Source: an uncultured delta proteobacterium
GTDB taxonomy: Bacteria; Desulfobacterota; RBG-13-43-22
Reading direction: 5' to 3'
NCBI GenBank assembly: GCA_963802945.1
Contig: CAWDKY010000015.1
Coordinates: 352,001 to 416,000, forward strand
Length of the DNA: 64,000 bases
Part shown: piece after piece, positions 41,073 through 50,833 of the stretch
How positions within the stretch are numbered: position 1 is the stretch's first letter
Layout: every line of letters starts with the position of its first letter
Translations under genes and position numbers: made by a program
The notes under the pieces: model-generated
Told to the model about the DNA's origin: nothing
The model's input: only the letters and a program-made list of their open reading frames with translations
Databases searched by the model: none

Positions 41073-42572
41073 CTACCGTCTTTTCTTGGTCTTCTTGAAG
41101 ACCTCTATCCCGGCCTTCTCTTCAAGAGGGCAGACGTATTCACAAACGCCGCAGCCGGTGCACAATTGGTCGACCACGTACGGTTTCTTAAGGGTGATCC
41201 GTTTTCCCATATAGTTGACCTCTTCAACCGACTCGAACCTTATCGCCTTGTCGGGAATGGGGCAGTGTTCCTCGCAGACCATGCAGTTCATCTTCTTAGC
41301 ATAAGGCAGGCATTGATTTTTATCGAAAACGGCCAGTCCGATGACCGCTTTTTTCTTGACCTCCAGGGGCAGTCTCGGTATCGCGCCCGTGGGACAGACC
41401 TGTCCACAGAGGCTACAGTTGTATTCGCAGTAACCGAGGCGGGGATGGAGGACAGGCGAATAGAGACCATACAGACCCGCCTGGAGGGAGGCGGGATAGA
41501 GGGCATTCTTCAGGCAGACCTTCATGCACTCGCCGCACCTCACACACCTTTGTAAAAATTCTCCTTCATCCTTGACGCCAGGAGGCCGCAGCAATCGTGT
41601 CTCCCTCTCGGCTGACACTACGGTGAAGATCTGCGAGGCAAAAAACCCCGACACAACCCCGGTCAAAAAAACCCGTCGGCCGGGCGAGAAAAGGGGCTCT
41701 TTCCCGGTCTTCAGGGAGGGCAGGAAGCTCACGCGCTGAAAGGTGCATTTTCTCTGACAGTCGAGGCAGAGGATGCAATCGGGCTTTTGCAAAATTTCCT
41801 CATCGAAAGTAGTGGGACAAAGGGTCCGGCAGTCGCCGCAGTCTGCGCAGAGCCTGGCAGGAAGCCTTCTGAAGATGGAAAAGCGACCGAGAAGCCCCAG
41901 GAGCGTGCCGAGGGGACAGAGATTCCGGCACCAGTTTCTCCGCTCGAACCTCTCCAGTACCAAGACCGCTGCAAAGATGATAAGCGACAAGAAAGCGAGT
42001 GGGTAGAAGGTCGCTCGAAAAGGGAGCAAGTAGGTCTTGAGAAAACTGTAGCCCGGGTCCAAGTAATCCCTCGAATCTCCGAGGATCCGGTAAATGCCTA
42101 CCCATCCTTGTCTGGCCAGGAAGCCGATGAGAGGGTAAAGGGAGAAGGTGAGGAAGCGGACGAGGATCGCCATGGGATCGAAGAGACCGGAGAGGTTCAT
42201 GTTGAAGAGGGCTGCAAAAAGAAGGGTGAAGAGCAGATAATATTTGAGCTTGCCTTTGAGAAAGGAGAGGGGGCGTCCTTTCTTTATCCGTTTGGTCACC
42301 AGGTCTATGACCGTACCCAGGGGGCAGATCCAGCCGCAAAAAAACCTGCCCAGGATGAGAGAGAACAGGAGAACTAAAAGGCCGGGCAGGAGAAGGAGGG
42401 TGAAGGTCTTGGCCGACAAGAGGTAGCTCAGGGCCACGAGGGCATTGGCCCGGAAGAAGGCGTTGAGGGCTATGGAAATCTCATCCTTGCCCCGGTAGTC
42501 GGTGGTAATAAAGAGAAAGAGAAAAAGGGCCAGGAAGAAAAGCTGAAAAATGCGGGACAGACTGATCTTCAT
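41073..42572 (-). CDS. Membrane polyferredoxin (NapH/MauN-like + MauM/NapG-like fusion)
   Basis: GRFFCGWICPLG, WCRNLCPLG, LLRPPG, multiple CxxCxxC...CP motifs. Confidence 0.9.
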   Translation of the reverse strand: MKISLSRIFQLFFLALFLFLFITTDYRGKDEISIALNAFFRANALVALSYLLSAKTFTLLLLPGLLVLLFSLILGRFFCGWICPLGTVIDLVTKRIKKGRPLSFLKGKLKYYLLFTLLFAALFNMNLSGLFDPMAILVRFLTFSLYPLIGFLARQGWVGIYRILGDSRDYLDPGYSFLKTYLLPFRATFYPLAFLSLIIFAAVLVLERFERRNWCRNLCPLGTLLGLLGRFSIFRRLPARLCADCGDCRTLCPTTFDEEILQKPDCILCLDCQRKCTFQRVSFLPSLKTGKEPLFSPGRRVFLTGVVSGFFASQIFTVVSAERETRLLRPPGVKDEGEFLQRCVRCGECMKVCLKNALYPASLQAGLYGLYSPVLHPRLGYCEYNCSLCGQVCPTGAIPRLPLEVKKKAVIGLAVFDKNQCLPYAKKMNCMVCEEHCPIPDKAIRFESVEEVNYMGKRITLKKPYVVDQLCTGCGVCEYVCPLEEKAGIEVFKKTKKRR

Positions 42573-42752
42573 CAACGAGTTCCTATCAAGCGAATCTGTA
42601 AACTGGGAATTTACACCTAACTTTTTATCAACTCGGGGGCAACAGCTCCTTTGGAGCGATGCCGGATACTGGATTAAATTGCCGATACTGGATGTTGGTT
42701 TTTATTTTTATCCAGTATCAAGGATAAAGTATCAAGTATCAGCTAATTTTTG

Positions 42753-43634
42753 TTAGGCCTTTATTATCCTCACCTTATCCAGATTCATCTCGCCCAGCCC
42801 CCTTTTATAGGCGGTGACCGTGATCGGCACGTCCTGAGGCTTGAGCCCAAAAAGGCCCGTCGCATAGGCATCAGCCGCCACGATATCGGTCGAGGCGATC
42901 ACCTTGTTGACGATTTTCACATCCCGTAGGCTGCCCCCCGTAGGGCCATGGGCCGTGAGGATGCGCGTGGCATCGATCACCACGAGATGGCTTTTGACCG
43001 CACTGTTCACATCGGCCAGGGCATCTTCGATCTGTCTGTGGATAAACCCCCGATCGCCCCCCATGATGCCCATCATGTTCTTCAGTCCAAGGGTCAGGCT
43101 GGTGAGCGAATGGTGCTTGGCAATAGGGACGTTAATGAAAACATCAGCCGTGAGGGCGTCGCTGTAAAGCTCCCATTCTTTCAGGAATGTCCCCTTGAGG
43201 TTTACCTTTTTATAACGTTCCTCCTCCACGTACCTGACGTCCACATTCTTGAGGTCTTTCAAGGCGGCCGGGATGCCGCTGTTTTCGTAGCTCCTTCTCA
43301 TGTCGTTGCAGGGATTGTCAAAGACCTTCACCCTTTTTACGCCTGCCTTGAGGCACTCCTCCGCAATGGCCCTGACAACGGACGGGTGGGTTGTGGCGGC
43401 CTGTTCCGGTTTTCTATCCCAGCCGATATTCGGCTTGACGGCCACTGTATCGCCAACCTTCACGAACCGGCCCATGCCCCCCAGGGCATTGATCGCCTTT
43501 CTCGTTATGGCCCCATAGTCCTGGCCCTCGGCCACCGCAACGACGGGCATCTCCTTGGCCCAAAGACTCTTTAGCAACAATGAATGCAAGGAGATGAAGA
43601 GCCCTGAAAGTTTGAGAAAATCCCTCCTATTCAT
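42753..43634 (-). CDS. Tat-signal DUF362 protein
   Basis: MNRRDFLK, VKPNIGW, NVPIAKHH, GLKN, DIVAAD. Confidence 0.9.
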   Translation of the reverse strand: MNRRDFLKLSGLFISLHSLLLKSLWAKEMPVVAVAEGQDYGAITRKAINALGGMGRFVKVGDTVAVKPNIGWDRKPEQAATTHPSVVRAIAEECLKAGVKRVKVFDNPCNDMRRSYENSGIPAALKDLKNVDVRYVEEERYKKVNLKGTFLKEWELYSDALTADVFINVPIAKHHSLTSLTLGLKNMMGIMGGDRGFIHRQIEDALADVNSAVKSHLVVIDATRILTAHGPTGGSLRDVKIVNKVIASTDIVAADAYATGLFGLKPQDVPITVTAYKRGLGEMNLDKVRIIKA

Positions 43635-44240
43635 GGTGCAACCTCATATCTTTGTTTTTAAGACAGAATAACCGACCATCCTGCGCAAAGCGTACAGCGC
43701 GCCGGAACATAGAAGCAAGTATAAGCCCTCATCGCTATGGAGTCAAGACTCCTTCAATAGTCAAGGTCCTTTCCTTGCTTCTCTATCAAGATAAAATCAT
43801 TCCCGATCATATTAATCTGCTGAAACCCTGGAGGGTCCCAATTTACTAATCTTTTGCTTCATTTAATATGGAGTGACTTGTTGACTTCTTCCTTGTTATC
43901 CTCGGCTTGCCATTTTTGGAAAAAGATAAGATTTCAAACAGTAATCGTCAATAAGAGGGCCTTGATATTTATTGGACTTAGAAACGGCAGCGGCATGATT
44001 TAGACCAACTTTGGGATATTGAACAAAGGATGTTAAACAGAAACTGGATAACATGACGAAAGGTATATTATCCAGTCTTATAAACACAACAAAATTAAAC
44101 AGTTGCCTTTTGGAGCATTTTTTACTTTATTGAATATGCTTAAACTTTCTGATATTATCCAGAGAACTGTTCAATAACTTGTTATTTTGAAGATTATACA
44201 GAAACTACTCAATCACTGGTTGCCGCACCAAAGGGAAATC

Positions 44241-44984
44241 ATGAACACGTTGCTGAAGAAAGTACTTCTAAGTTTTAAAAAACCGCCCAAATTAATAGAA
44301 TCAAGGTCCGATACAGAATTCATAGCGCCCGATGTCCCTCTCTCAAAAATTGTTAGCCATCAAAAATGGCAGAAGCACCTATATGAAATCGGCAACAAAC
44401 CTGGCATGAGAGTGTTAGAAATAGGTAGCCGTGAAGTTACTGGCGCATCAAATGCTCGAAATGAGTTTTCCAAAGCAGAGTATGTGGGGTTTGACTATTA
44501 CCCCGGTGATAATGTTGATGTTGTAGGAGATGCTCATAAACTATCTTCCTATTTTGAAGGAAATGAGCGGTTTGATATCGTTTATTCAAGCGCTTGCTTT
44601 GAACACTTTGCAATGCCTTGGGTTGTCGCCACTGAGATTGCAAAAATACTTAAAGTGGGTGGTTTGGTTTTTGTGGAAACTCATTTTTCGTTTTCATCGC
44701 ATGAAAGACCATGGCATTTCTTTCAATTTAGCGATATGGCATTAAAAGTCCTGTTTTCCGAGGCGCTTGGGTTCGAATGTGTCGAGGCAGGAATGTCTAA
44801 CCCAATTGTTGGAAGATTTTCCTCGCTGGCGGATCCCTACTTGAAAAACAAACCCATTGTTGGTCTGTATTGCCACAGTGAGTACCTTGGCAAGAAAGTG
44901 AGAGATGTAGAGAGATTTGATTGGGAACAAATTGATTTAGCAAGTGTTGTAGGAGAAATAAAATATCCAAAACCAAAACCGTAA
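44241..44984 (+). CDS. Class I SAM-dependent methyltransferase, cassette-like
   Basis: VLEIGS, VDVVGDAH, FEH, LKVGG; AT-rich; followed by an attC-like hairpin. Confidence 0.85.
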   Translation: MNTLLKKVLLSFKKPPKLIESRSDTEFIAPDVPLSKIVSHQKWQKHLYEIGNKPGMRVLEIGSREVTGASNARNEFSKAEYVGFDYYPGDNVDVVGDAHKLSSYFEGNERFDIVYSSACFEHFAMPWVVATEIAKILKVGGLVFVETHFSFSSHERPWHFFQFSDMALKVLFSEALGFECVEAGMSNPIVGRFSSLADPYLKNKPIVGLYCHSEYLGKKVRDVERFDWEQIDLASVVGEIKYPKPKP

Positions 44985-45020
44985 TTCATCGCATTTGCCA
45001 CATCATCCAACGAAGGTAGC

Positions 45021-45085
45021 GGCTAAACCATCATTGCAGCGGACTCTGCGCCTACAGCCTCCGCCGCTGAACTAAAGTGTTCTCA
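45021..45085 (+). other. Degenerate attC-like site
   Basis: ggctaaac-catca-ttgcagcgg...ccgctgaa-ctaaagt-gttctca shows the paired L boxes with an extra base and degenerate R boxes. Confidence 0.55.
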
Positions 45086-45091
45086 CCGCCG

Positions 45092-45211
45092 TTTTGCTCG
45101 ATTTCAATCAGTAATCGTCAATTTTCAGGATTCCCTCTTTAGAAGAGTTGTAGGTGTAAGCTGCAAAAAAGGGTCATCTTGGCACTTTCCGTCAACCCAA
45201 CTACTGGTCAG
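45092..45211 (+). repeat. Degenerate dispersed repeat family B, copy 4 (a core-only copy 3 lies at 43930-43952)
   Basis: atttcaatcagtaatcgtcaa...ctctttagaagagttg...gtcaacccaactactggtcag. Confidence 0.7.
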
Positions 45212-45426
45212 GACAGTTACCAGACATACCGAATGAGTTTCTTCATTATTGATTCCTGAGAAGTAACTCACGTTTAAGTGGATCGTCGCAATATGCTGTA
45301 TCCAATTTCCGGTAAATACTGCAAAATATTTTTATGTAAGCCGTCAGTATTTCAAAAAACCGAGTTACTTCTCACGAATCATTATTTACCAGCGTCCCTA
45401 TTTTCACGATAGGGTTCCAGGAGGCG

Positions 45427-46206
45427 TTATTTCCCGCTCACGGCCGGCTCGTAGAAACCTTTAATTCTTTTTCTAAGCTTGGCCCAAGAGTTAGTGATCA
45501 AGAAGCTCTCCTCCATATTATCAACCATGCCTCTGAACTTGTTCATTGGAATAGAAAAGCTAAGGATTTCTTTAGGAACATAAGGCCTGGCTGAAACGTC
45601 AAACAGGCCCAAAACAGCCCTGGGTCGGTCCAGATCTTTTTCTAAATAGGGGTACAAAACAATGGATCCGCACCCGGCCCCAAAAGGAGCGATGACACTC
45701 TCACGCCCTGTTTCTTCAAAACCGGACAAGGTAAAAAGCCCGGACAATACATCCGGGGGTGCATAAAAAATGACCACCTCGACATCGTCCTCCTGAACAA
45801 GGTTATCCCATCTTTTAAAGACAATATACTTGCCCGGGGCCTCATACCAGGGAGATTCTTCCATCAGTTGTTTTACTATTTCCGGAGATTTTTTGTACCG
45901 TTCTCCTTCCATTTTTCCTTTTATTCCGCAGGAAAGGAAATATTCGAAGCCGGGTCTCAGGTCACGAGCATATCCTAGATACCTTTTCCCACCAGCACAA
46001 CCGAACGAATCCCCTCCAAAGCATAAAGACTTCCCTTTTCTCGCTTTATTTAAGACCCCGATGAAGCACTGGTGACCTGTTGCCGGACCCTTGACCAACT
46101 CCCCCCGTCCTTCCTGATCCGTATAATAGAAGGCTATCGGGAGTTCAGCCCCATTAAAATATTTTTTCCACAAACTGAGAAACTTGTCCTTAAATTCTAA
46201 ATCCAT
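45427..46206 (-). CDS. DUF169 family protein
   Basis: ELPIAFYY, GCAGGKRYLG, FLSCG..GERYKK, PFGAGC, GLFDVSAR. Confidence 0.85.
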   Translation of the reverse strand: MDLEFKDKFLSLWKKYFNGAELPIAFYYTDQEGRGELVKGPATGHQCFIGVLNKARKGKSLCFGGDSFGCAGGKRYLGYARDLRPGFEYFLSCGIKGKMEGERYKKSPEIVKQLMEESPWYEAPGKYIVFKRWDNLVQEDDVEVVIFYAPPDVLSGLFTLSGFEETGRESVIAPFGAGCGSIVLYPYLEKDLDRPRAVLGLFDVSARPYVPKEILSFSIPMNKFRGMVDNMEESFLITNSWAKLRKRIKGFYEPAVSGK

Positions 46207-46332
46207 GGCACCCTCCTATTGTTTTTGTCTTTTCTCATGTTTCTTGCCCCGCTCACATAACCCCTTTTTCTTCAAGAAACGATATGAATTGTAAAAATTA
46301 AAGATTTTACCCCGTACCCCCTGGTTCGATAG

Positions 46333-46683
46333 TCATTCTGTTTTTAATAATTTCTTTTCCTTCAATAGCTTTTCCACCTGGTCGGCATGCTCTACAGTAA
46401 ATCCGATATCGATCCACTGACCTTTCAGCTTGGCAAAAAAGATTCTATCTCGTTTGGGGCGTTTGAGGTCCAGGGGAAACCAAGTCTTGAAGTTCCCCGT
46501 ACCGTGGATCCTCCACTTCCCATTCCAAATGGTCGGTGTCTTTACGGTTACCCATTCAATATCGACCAGTTGCACAACCTTTTTCTTACCAGTCGGGAAA
46601 TAATAGTGATCAAAGACAATTTCATTCTCAGTCATAGAAATCAGATTGTCACGGTATATCATCTCGGGCTCTATTCTCCTCAT
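46333..46683 (-). CDS. Hypothetical protein, cassette-like
   Basis: 116-aa ORF (YYFPTG, WFPLDLKRP..R) beginning directly after an attC-like site; true start may be a few codons downstream. Confidence 0.7.
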   Translation of the reverse strand: MRRIEPEMIYRDNLISMTENEIVFDHYYFPTGKKKVVQLVDIEWVTVKTPTIWNGKWRIHGTGNFKTWFPLDLKRPKRDRIFFAKLKGQWIDIGFTVEHADQVEKLLKEKKLLKTE

Positions 46684-46746
46684 CGAATATTCGCTTAACT
46701 TGCGAACGGGCTTGGTCCCTGAGTCAAGTTGAAGCGGTTATTAGAC
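46682..46746 (-). other. attC-like site with both core triplets altered (AAT/ATT)
   Basis: Minus strand: GTCTAAT-aaccg-cttcaacttg...caagttaag-cgaat-ATTCGAT. Confidence 0.6.
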
Positions 46747-46779
46747 AACTGGAATATTTTTATCCTGTCGAGAATTACA

Positions 46780-46826
46780 GGGAACGGTTCTGATTATTTA
46801 TTATTTCACCTTAAAGAAACCGTCCC
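46780..46826 (+). repeat. 49-bp hairpin repeat family A, copy R1
   Basis: gggaacggttctgattatttattatttcaccttaaagaaaccgtccc. Confidence 0.92.
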
Positions 46827-46828
46827 AT

Positions 46829-48751
46829 TTATCCTATCTTTCTTCCTGCGGCAAAGCCTTCCTCAACCGCCTCTAAAACTCTTCTGACCTGAACGGCATC
46901 GCCTATGGCCATGACTTTATAGGGCTTGCCCTCCAGTTGATGGGTCAGTTTGTTTTCCGGATTAGATCCTACGGCCAGGATAACAGTATCGGCGGGAATT
47001 ATTTCTTCTCGGCCGTCCCTGGAAACGAGGATGCTTTTATCTAATATTTCTTTAACCGTGGTATTCACATAGATCTTTACTCTCTCCTTTTCCAGCCCTT
47101 TCAGGAGCAGCTCTCTTGGAATGGCCTCCACATCCTGAGCAATCTCAGCCAGTTGTTCGACGATGGTTACGGTCCTGCCAAGGCTTGCCAAATGATAAGC
47201 CGTTTCTGCACCTACCATACCGCCGCCGATGATTACCGATGTTCGTCCGCATTCTTTTTCGCCGTTAAGTACGGCGTTCGCGAATACCACCTGGCTTTTT
47301 TCAACGCCCTTTATTTGAGGCACTATTGGCACACTTCCCGTGGAAAGGATAACTGCATCCGGCTGCTCCGCATCAATCAGTTCTGCGGTCACTTCCGCAT
47401 TCAGATGAACTTCAACACCCAGTTTATTTATCTGGTTGATCTGCCAGGTCACAAAGGAGCTGAATTCTCCCTTGGCCGGCGGTATGGCCGCCAAATAAAA
47501 TTGGCCGCCCAGTCTGCCTCCCTTTTCGAACAACTTTACCCGGTGACCTGTCTTGGCAGCAATGATCGCCGCCTCCATTCCGGCCGGTCCCCCGCCAACG
47601 ACGACCACTTTTTTCTTAACCCATTTTGGTTCAGCGGACAGCTCATATTCCCTTCCCAGTTGGGGGTTAAGAGAACATTTAATCGGCTGGTATCGGCCGA
47701 GCATGCCTATACACCCCTGCATACAGCCGATGCAGCGGACAATATCCTCAAAATCACCGGCCGCCGCCTTGATGGGCAGCTCAGGGTCGGCCAGGGAGGC
47801 CCGACCCATGGCAATAAAATCCGCTTTCCCGGAGGTCAGGATTGTTTCTGCTACCAGGGGTTCAATAATTCTTCCCACCGTCATTACCGGAATAGTAACC
47901 ACTTTTTTTACTTCCTCGGCAAAATCCACGATCCAGCCTTGGGAAGTGGCGGCACTGGGCGTAATGGCGGCACTGCTTCCATAAACGCCGGCAGATACCA
48001 GGATGACATCAATTCCCGCCTCCTGCAATAAAACAGCGATGGCTTTGGTTTCCTCAATAGTCCTGCCGCCGGGGACATATTCATCCGCGGAGATTTTGAA
48101 GCCCAGGGGGAAATCCCTGCCCACCTTTGCCCTGATATTGGAGATAACCTCTAAGGTAAAGCGTACCCGATTGGGCAGGTTACCGCCGTATTGATCGGTT
48201 CGTTTATTGGAATAGGGCGATAGAAATTGGGCGATAAGATATCCATGGGCACCGTGTATTTCTATACCGTCAAACCCGGCCTTTTGGGTCCTTAAGGCGC
48301 AATCGCCAAATTTTTCTATTGTTTCCTGGATTTCATTTATGGTCATTTCGTGGGGCATGGTTTGATTGATCGGACAGGGTATGGGAGAGGGTGCCCAGGG
48401 TTGTCCGCCGATTACCAGGGGATTGGTCTGCCGGCCGGCATGATAAATTTGGGCGAAAATTTTACTGTGGTATTGATGAACTCTCCGGGTAAGCTCGGCA
48501 TGGCTTTTGATTTGAGCGTCCGCCCATAATCCGGCCAGCCTGGGGAAGCCCCTGCCTTGCGGGTCAATGGCATAATCCTCGGTAATGATCAGCCCCCAAC
48601 CGCCTTTGGCCTTGGCCTCATGGTAGGCAATATATTTTTCAGTAGCCGTACCGTCATCATGGCAATAGAGGGTTACCATGGCCGATACAACCAGTCGGTT
48701 GGTAATTTCCAAATTTCCAATTTTCATTGGGCTAAATAAATTTTTTAACAT
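46829..48751 (-). CDS. NADH:flavin oxidoreductase (OYE-like; BaiCD/BaiH/FadH family)
   Basis: KAKGGWGLII, EIHGAHGY, CIGCMQGC, GGGPAGMEAA, IGGGMVGAE; start moved to MLKNLF because the ORF-track extension is MITE sequence. Confidence 0.93.
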   Translation of the reverse strand: MLKNLFSPMKIGNLEITNRLVVSAMVTLYCHDDGTATEKYIAYHEAKAKGGWGLIITEDYAIDPQGRGFPRLAGLWADAQIKSHAELTRRVHQYHSKIFAQIYHAGRQTNPLVIGGQPWAPSPIPCPINQTMPHEMTINEIQETIEKFGDCALRTQKAGFDGIEIHGAHGYLIAQFLSPYSNKRTDQYGGNLPNRVRFTLEVISNIRAKVGRDFPLGFKISADEYVPGGRTIEETKAIAVLLQEAGIDVILVSAGVYGSSAAITPSAATSQGWIVDFAEEVKKVVTIPVMTVGRIIEPLVAETILTSGKADFIAMGRASLADPELPIKAAAGDFEDIVRCIGCMQGCIGMLGRYQPIKCSLNPQLGREYELSAEPKWVKKKVVVVGGGPAGMEAAIIAAKTGHRVKLFEKGGRLGGQFYLAAIPPAKGEFSSFVTWQINQINKLGVEVHLNAEVTAELIDAEQPDAVILSTGSVPIVPQIKGVEKSQVVFANAVLNGEKECGRTSVIIGGGMVGAETAYHLASLGRTVTIVEQLAEIAQDVEAIPRELLLKGLEKERVKIYVNTTVKEILDKSILVSRDGREEIIPADTVILAVGSNPENKLTHQLEGKPYKVMAIGDAVQVRRVLEAVEEGFAAGRKIG

Positions 48752-48800
48752 GCCTAGCCTTCCTAAATTATTTAACAGTTTTCTGAAAAACTTTTTTTTA

Positions 48801-48925
48801 ACAGGTTGCTCAAAAAGGTCCAGATGCGAGGCGCCCGAAAACCCGAGGAATGAGGCGTACATAGCAGTACGCCGCAGTGACGAGGGGTAAGGGCAACAAA
48901 GCAGATGGGCCTTTTTCAGCAACCT
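48801..48925. mobile_element. MITE-like element, copy 2
   Basis: acaggttgctcaaaaaggtcc...gggcctttttcagcaacct terminal inverted repeats, as at 10565-10721. Confidence 0.75.
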
Positions 48926-48959
48926 TTTAAAAGATCATGAATGATTATCTTAGCCGTTG

Positions 48960-49562
48960 TCATTTCTGAAACTTCGATGGTTTGAGCGCCTCCTGAAGTG
49001 TGGAGGCCATGTCCTGCTCCAAGGTTGCGACCCCTTTGATAACCCAAGGGCCGCCATTCTGCCAGTGAGCAGTAAAGTTGGTAATGGTTTGCCCGGTGGA
49101 AGGAGAGACGGCGAGAATCTCAAGGACCACGTCGGTTCCCCCCTCAACCAGGGCGAGGGAGGAGAAGAGCTTCACTATCGGTCCGAGTTCGCGGACAGTG
49201 ACGAAGAGAACCTGACTGAAGGTGCTCCCATAGACAGCGGCGATGGCAGGAACCTCTGTGGGCAGAAGGTCGATGGATTCTCGGTCGCCTATCTTGCGGA
49301 TGACCCTGACCTGGGCAAAGCACTCAGACGTGGAAAAGAATCGCTCAATCCCGCGCTGGGCAGCGGCCTCGCGGAAGGGAACATTCTTCTGATCGGGGCG
49401 CCACTTCGGACCCCAAAAAACAAGGGCCGAAGCCTGTTGGTTGGGCCCTTGACACAGGGGCTGCTGGGGAGCTTGCCCCGTGATTTGAAAATGCGTGCTG
49501 GCGCAGCCGGACAGCACAAGACCTAAGAGTAAAATCAATTTAACGGAACAGACGATGCGCAT
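48960..49562 (-). CDS. Putative lipoprotein
   Basis: Lipobox VLSGC after a hydrophobic leader; 200 aa. Confidence 0.75.
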   Translation of the reverse strand: MRIVCSVKLILLLGLVLSGCASTHFQITGQAPQQPLCQGPNQQASALVFWGPKWRPDQKNVPFREAAAQRGIERFFSTSECFAQVRVIRKIGDRESIDLLPTEVPAIAAVYGSTFSQVLFVTVRELGPIVKLFSSLALVEGGTDVVLEILAVSPSTGQTITNFTAHWQNGGPWVIKGVATLEQDMASTLQEALKPSKFQK

Positions 49563-49601
49563 GGAGAGAACCTCAATAACGCACTGGTAAAATTTAAAAA
49601 G

Positions 49602-49625
49602 AATTAAAGGGGACCTCCCCTTTAT
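49602..49625 (+). repeat. Collapsed family A repeat (outer arms only)
   Basis: aattaaaggggac-ctcccctttat keeps both family A flanks with the core missing. Confidence 0.6.
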
Positions 49626-49635
49626 GCTACACGTT

Positions 49636-50094
49636 TTAAAAAAATATCATGGCCAGCGCCTGGGCAACACAAGCTGGTTTTTCCTGTCCCTCAATTTCGA
49701 TGGTGTGGGTCTGTATCATGAGAAGCCGGTTGCCGGGCTTTTCTTCCAGCCCTGTAAGCACAATCCGGTCACGTATTTTTGCACCGGAAACCACAGGGTT
49801 GAGAAATCGCACCCTGTCCAGGCCATAGTTGATACTCATCACGACGCCTTCCATTTTCAACGGCACCTGATAGCTGAAAAACGGTAAATGGGAGAGGGTT
49901 AGATACCCGTGGGCGATGGTTTGACCGAACGGTCCTTTGGCGGCTTTTTCCAAATCCACATGAATCCATTGATGATCTTTCGTGCTGTCGGCGAATTGAT
50001 TGATCTGTTCCTGTGTCACCTGTGTCCAATCGGATAGGAAAATTTCTTTCCCGATGGACTTCTCCAGACTTTTTAATACCGATGCTAGTGACAT
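49636..50094 (-). CDS. MaoC-family dehydratase
   Basis: INQFADSTKDHQWIHVD, TIAHGYL, NYGLDRVRF. Confidence 0.92.
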   Translation of the reverse strand: MSLASVLKSLEKSIGKEIFLSDWTQVTQEQINQFADSTKDHQWIHVDLEKAAKGPFGQTIAHGYLTLSHLPFFSYQVPLKMEGVVMSINYGLDRVRFLNPVVSGAKIRDRIVLTGLEEKPGNRLLMIQTHTIEIEGQEKPACVAQALAMIFF

Positions 50095-50367
50095 GATTCA
50101 TTTCCCCTTTCAGTCTTTAACCTAAAGTCATCATAGCTGATTTAAGACATTTGCACAATACCGTATAATTCGAAAGCGGCATTCATTTTGGACTGTGCCA
50201 CCTGCGCTTATTCACGATTCGATCAAAAAGTTCAGCGATGGTCGAACAGGTCAAAACTCCATTGACACACCATATTGATCTTCATATACTCTCATCATGA
50301 AAAAGTAATGCCTTACCAATATATTCTCAGCGCTTTTTAAGAAAACAATTACACCAGGAGGGTTATC

Positions 50368-50751
50368 ATGTCCGCAATCGAAGAGGCCAAAAAGACTATG
50401 GAAGATTACTTTGCCGCTTTTAACTCAAGGGATGTGGAGGCTATCCGCAGACACCTGCATTTCCCGTTTAGCTGGATTATTAACACGCGTGTGCGGCCTG
50501 TCGCCAAGGCGTCTGAATTCGAATCTCCCACCCAAACACTTATCGAGACCGAGGGTTGGCATCACAGCGCCTTTGATTATATCGAGCCGGTGCAGGTGTG
50601 GGAAAATAAGGTTCACTTCAAGCTGGCTTACAGCCGTTTCAAGGCCGACGGCACCAGATACATGACCCATGAAGCACTCTGGATCGTGACCAAAGTTGAC
50701 GGTCGGTGGGGGATCTGTCTGATGTCCTTGAATATTCCCAAAACCGTCTAA
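50368..50751 (+). CDS. NTF2/SnoaL-like small protein
   Basis: AGGAGG RBS; YFAAFNSRD...LHFP...WIVTKVDGRWGI. Confidence 0.8.
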   Translation: MSAIEEAKKTMEDYFAAFNSRDVEAIRRHLHFPFSWIINTRVRPVAKASEFESPTQTLIETEGWHHSAFDYIEPVQVWENKVHFKLAYSRFKADGTRYMTHEALWIVTKVDGRWGICLMSLNIPKTV

Positions 50752-50764
50752 TAAATAATTAATT

Positions 50765-50812
50765 GGGCCGGTTCTGATTACTTAATTATTTCGCCTTAAA
50801 GAGAACCGTCCC
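50765..50812 (+). repeat. Family A repeat R2
   Basis: gggccggttctgattacttaattatttcgccttaaagagaaccgtccc. Confidence 0.92.
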
Positions 50813-50833
50813 TTTTATTCTCACAGTTAGGAA

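Noticed and set aside
48752-48922. N-terminal extension of the 697-aa OYE ORF
   Set aside because: It is translated MITE sequence; the likely start is ATG 48751.
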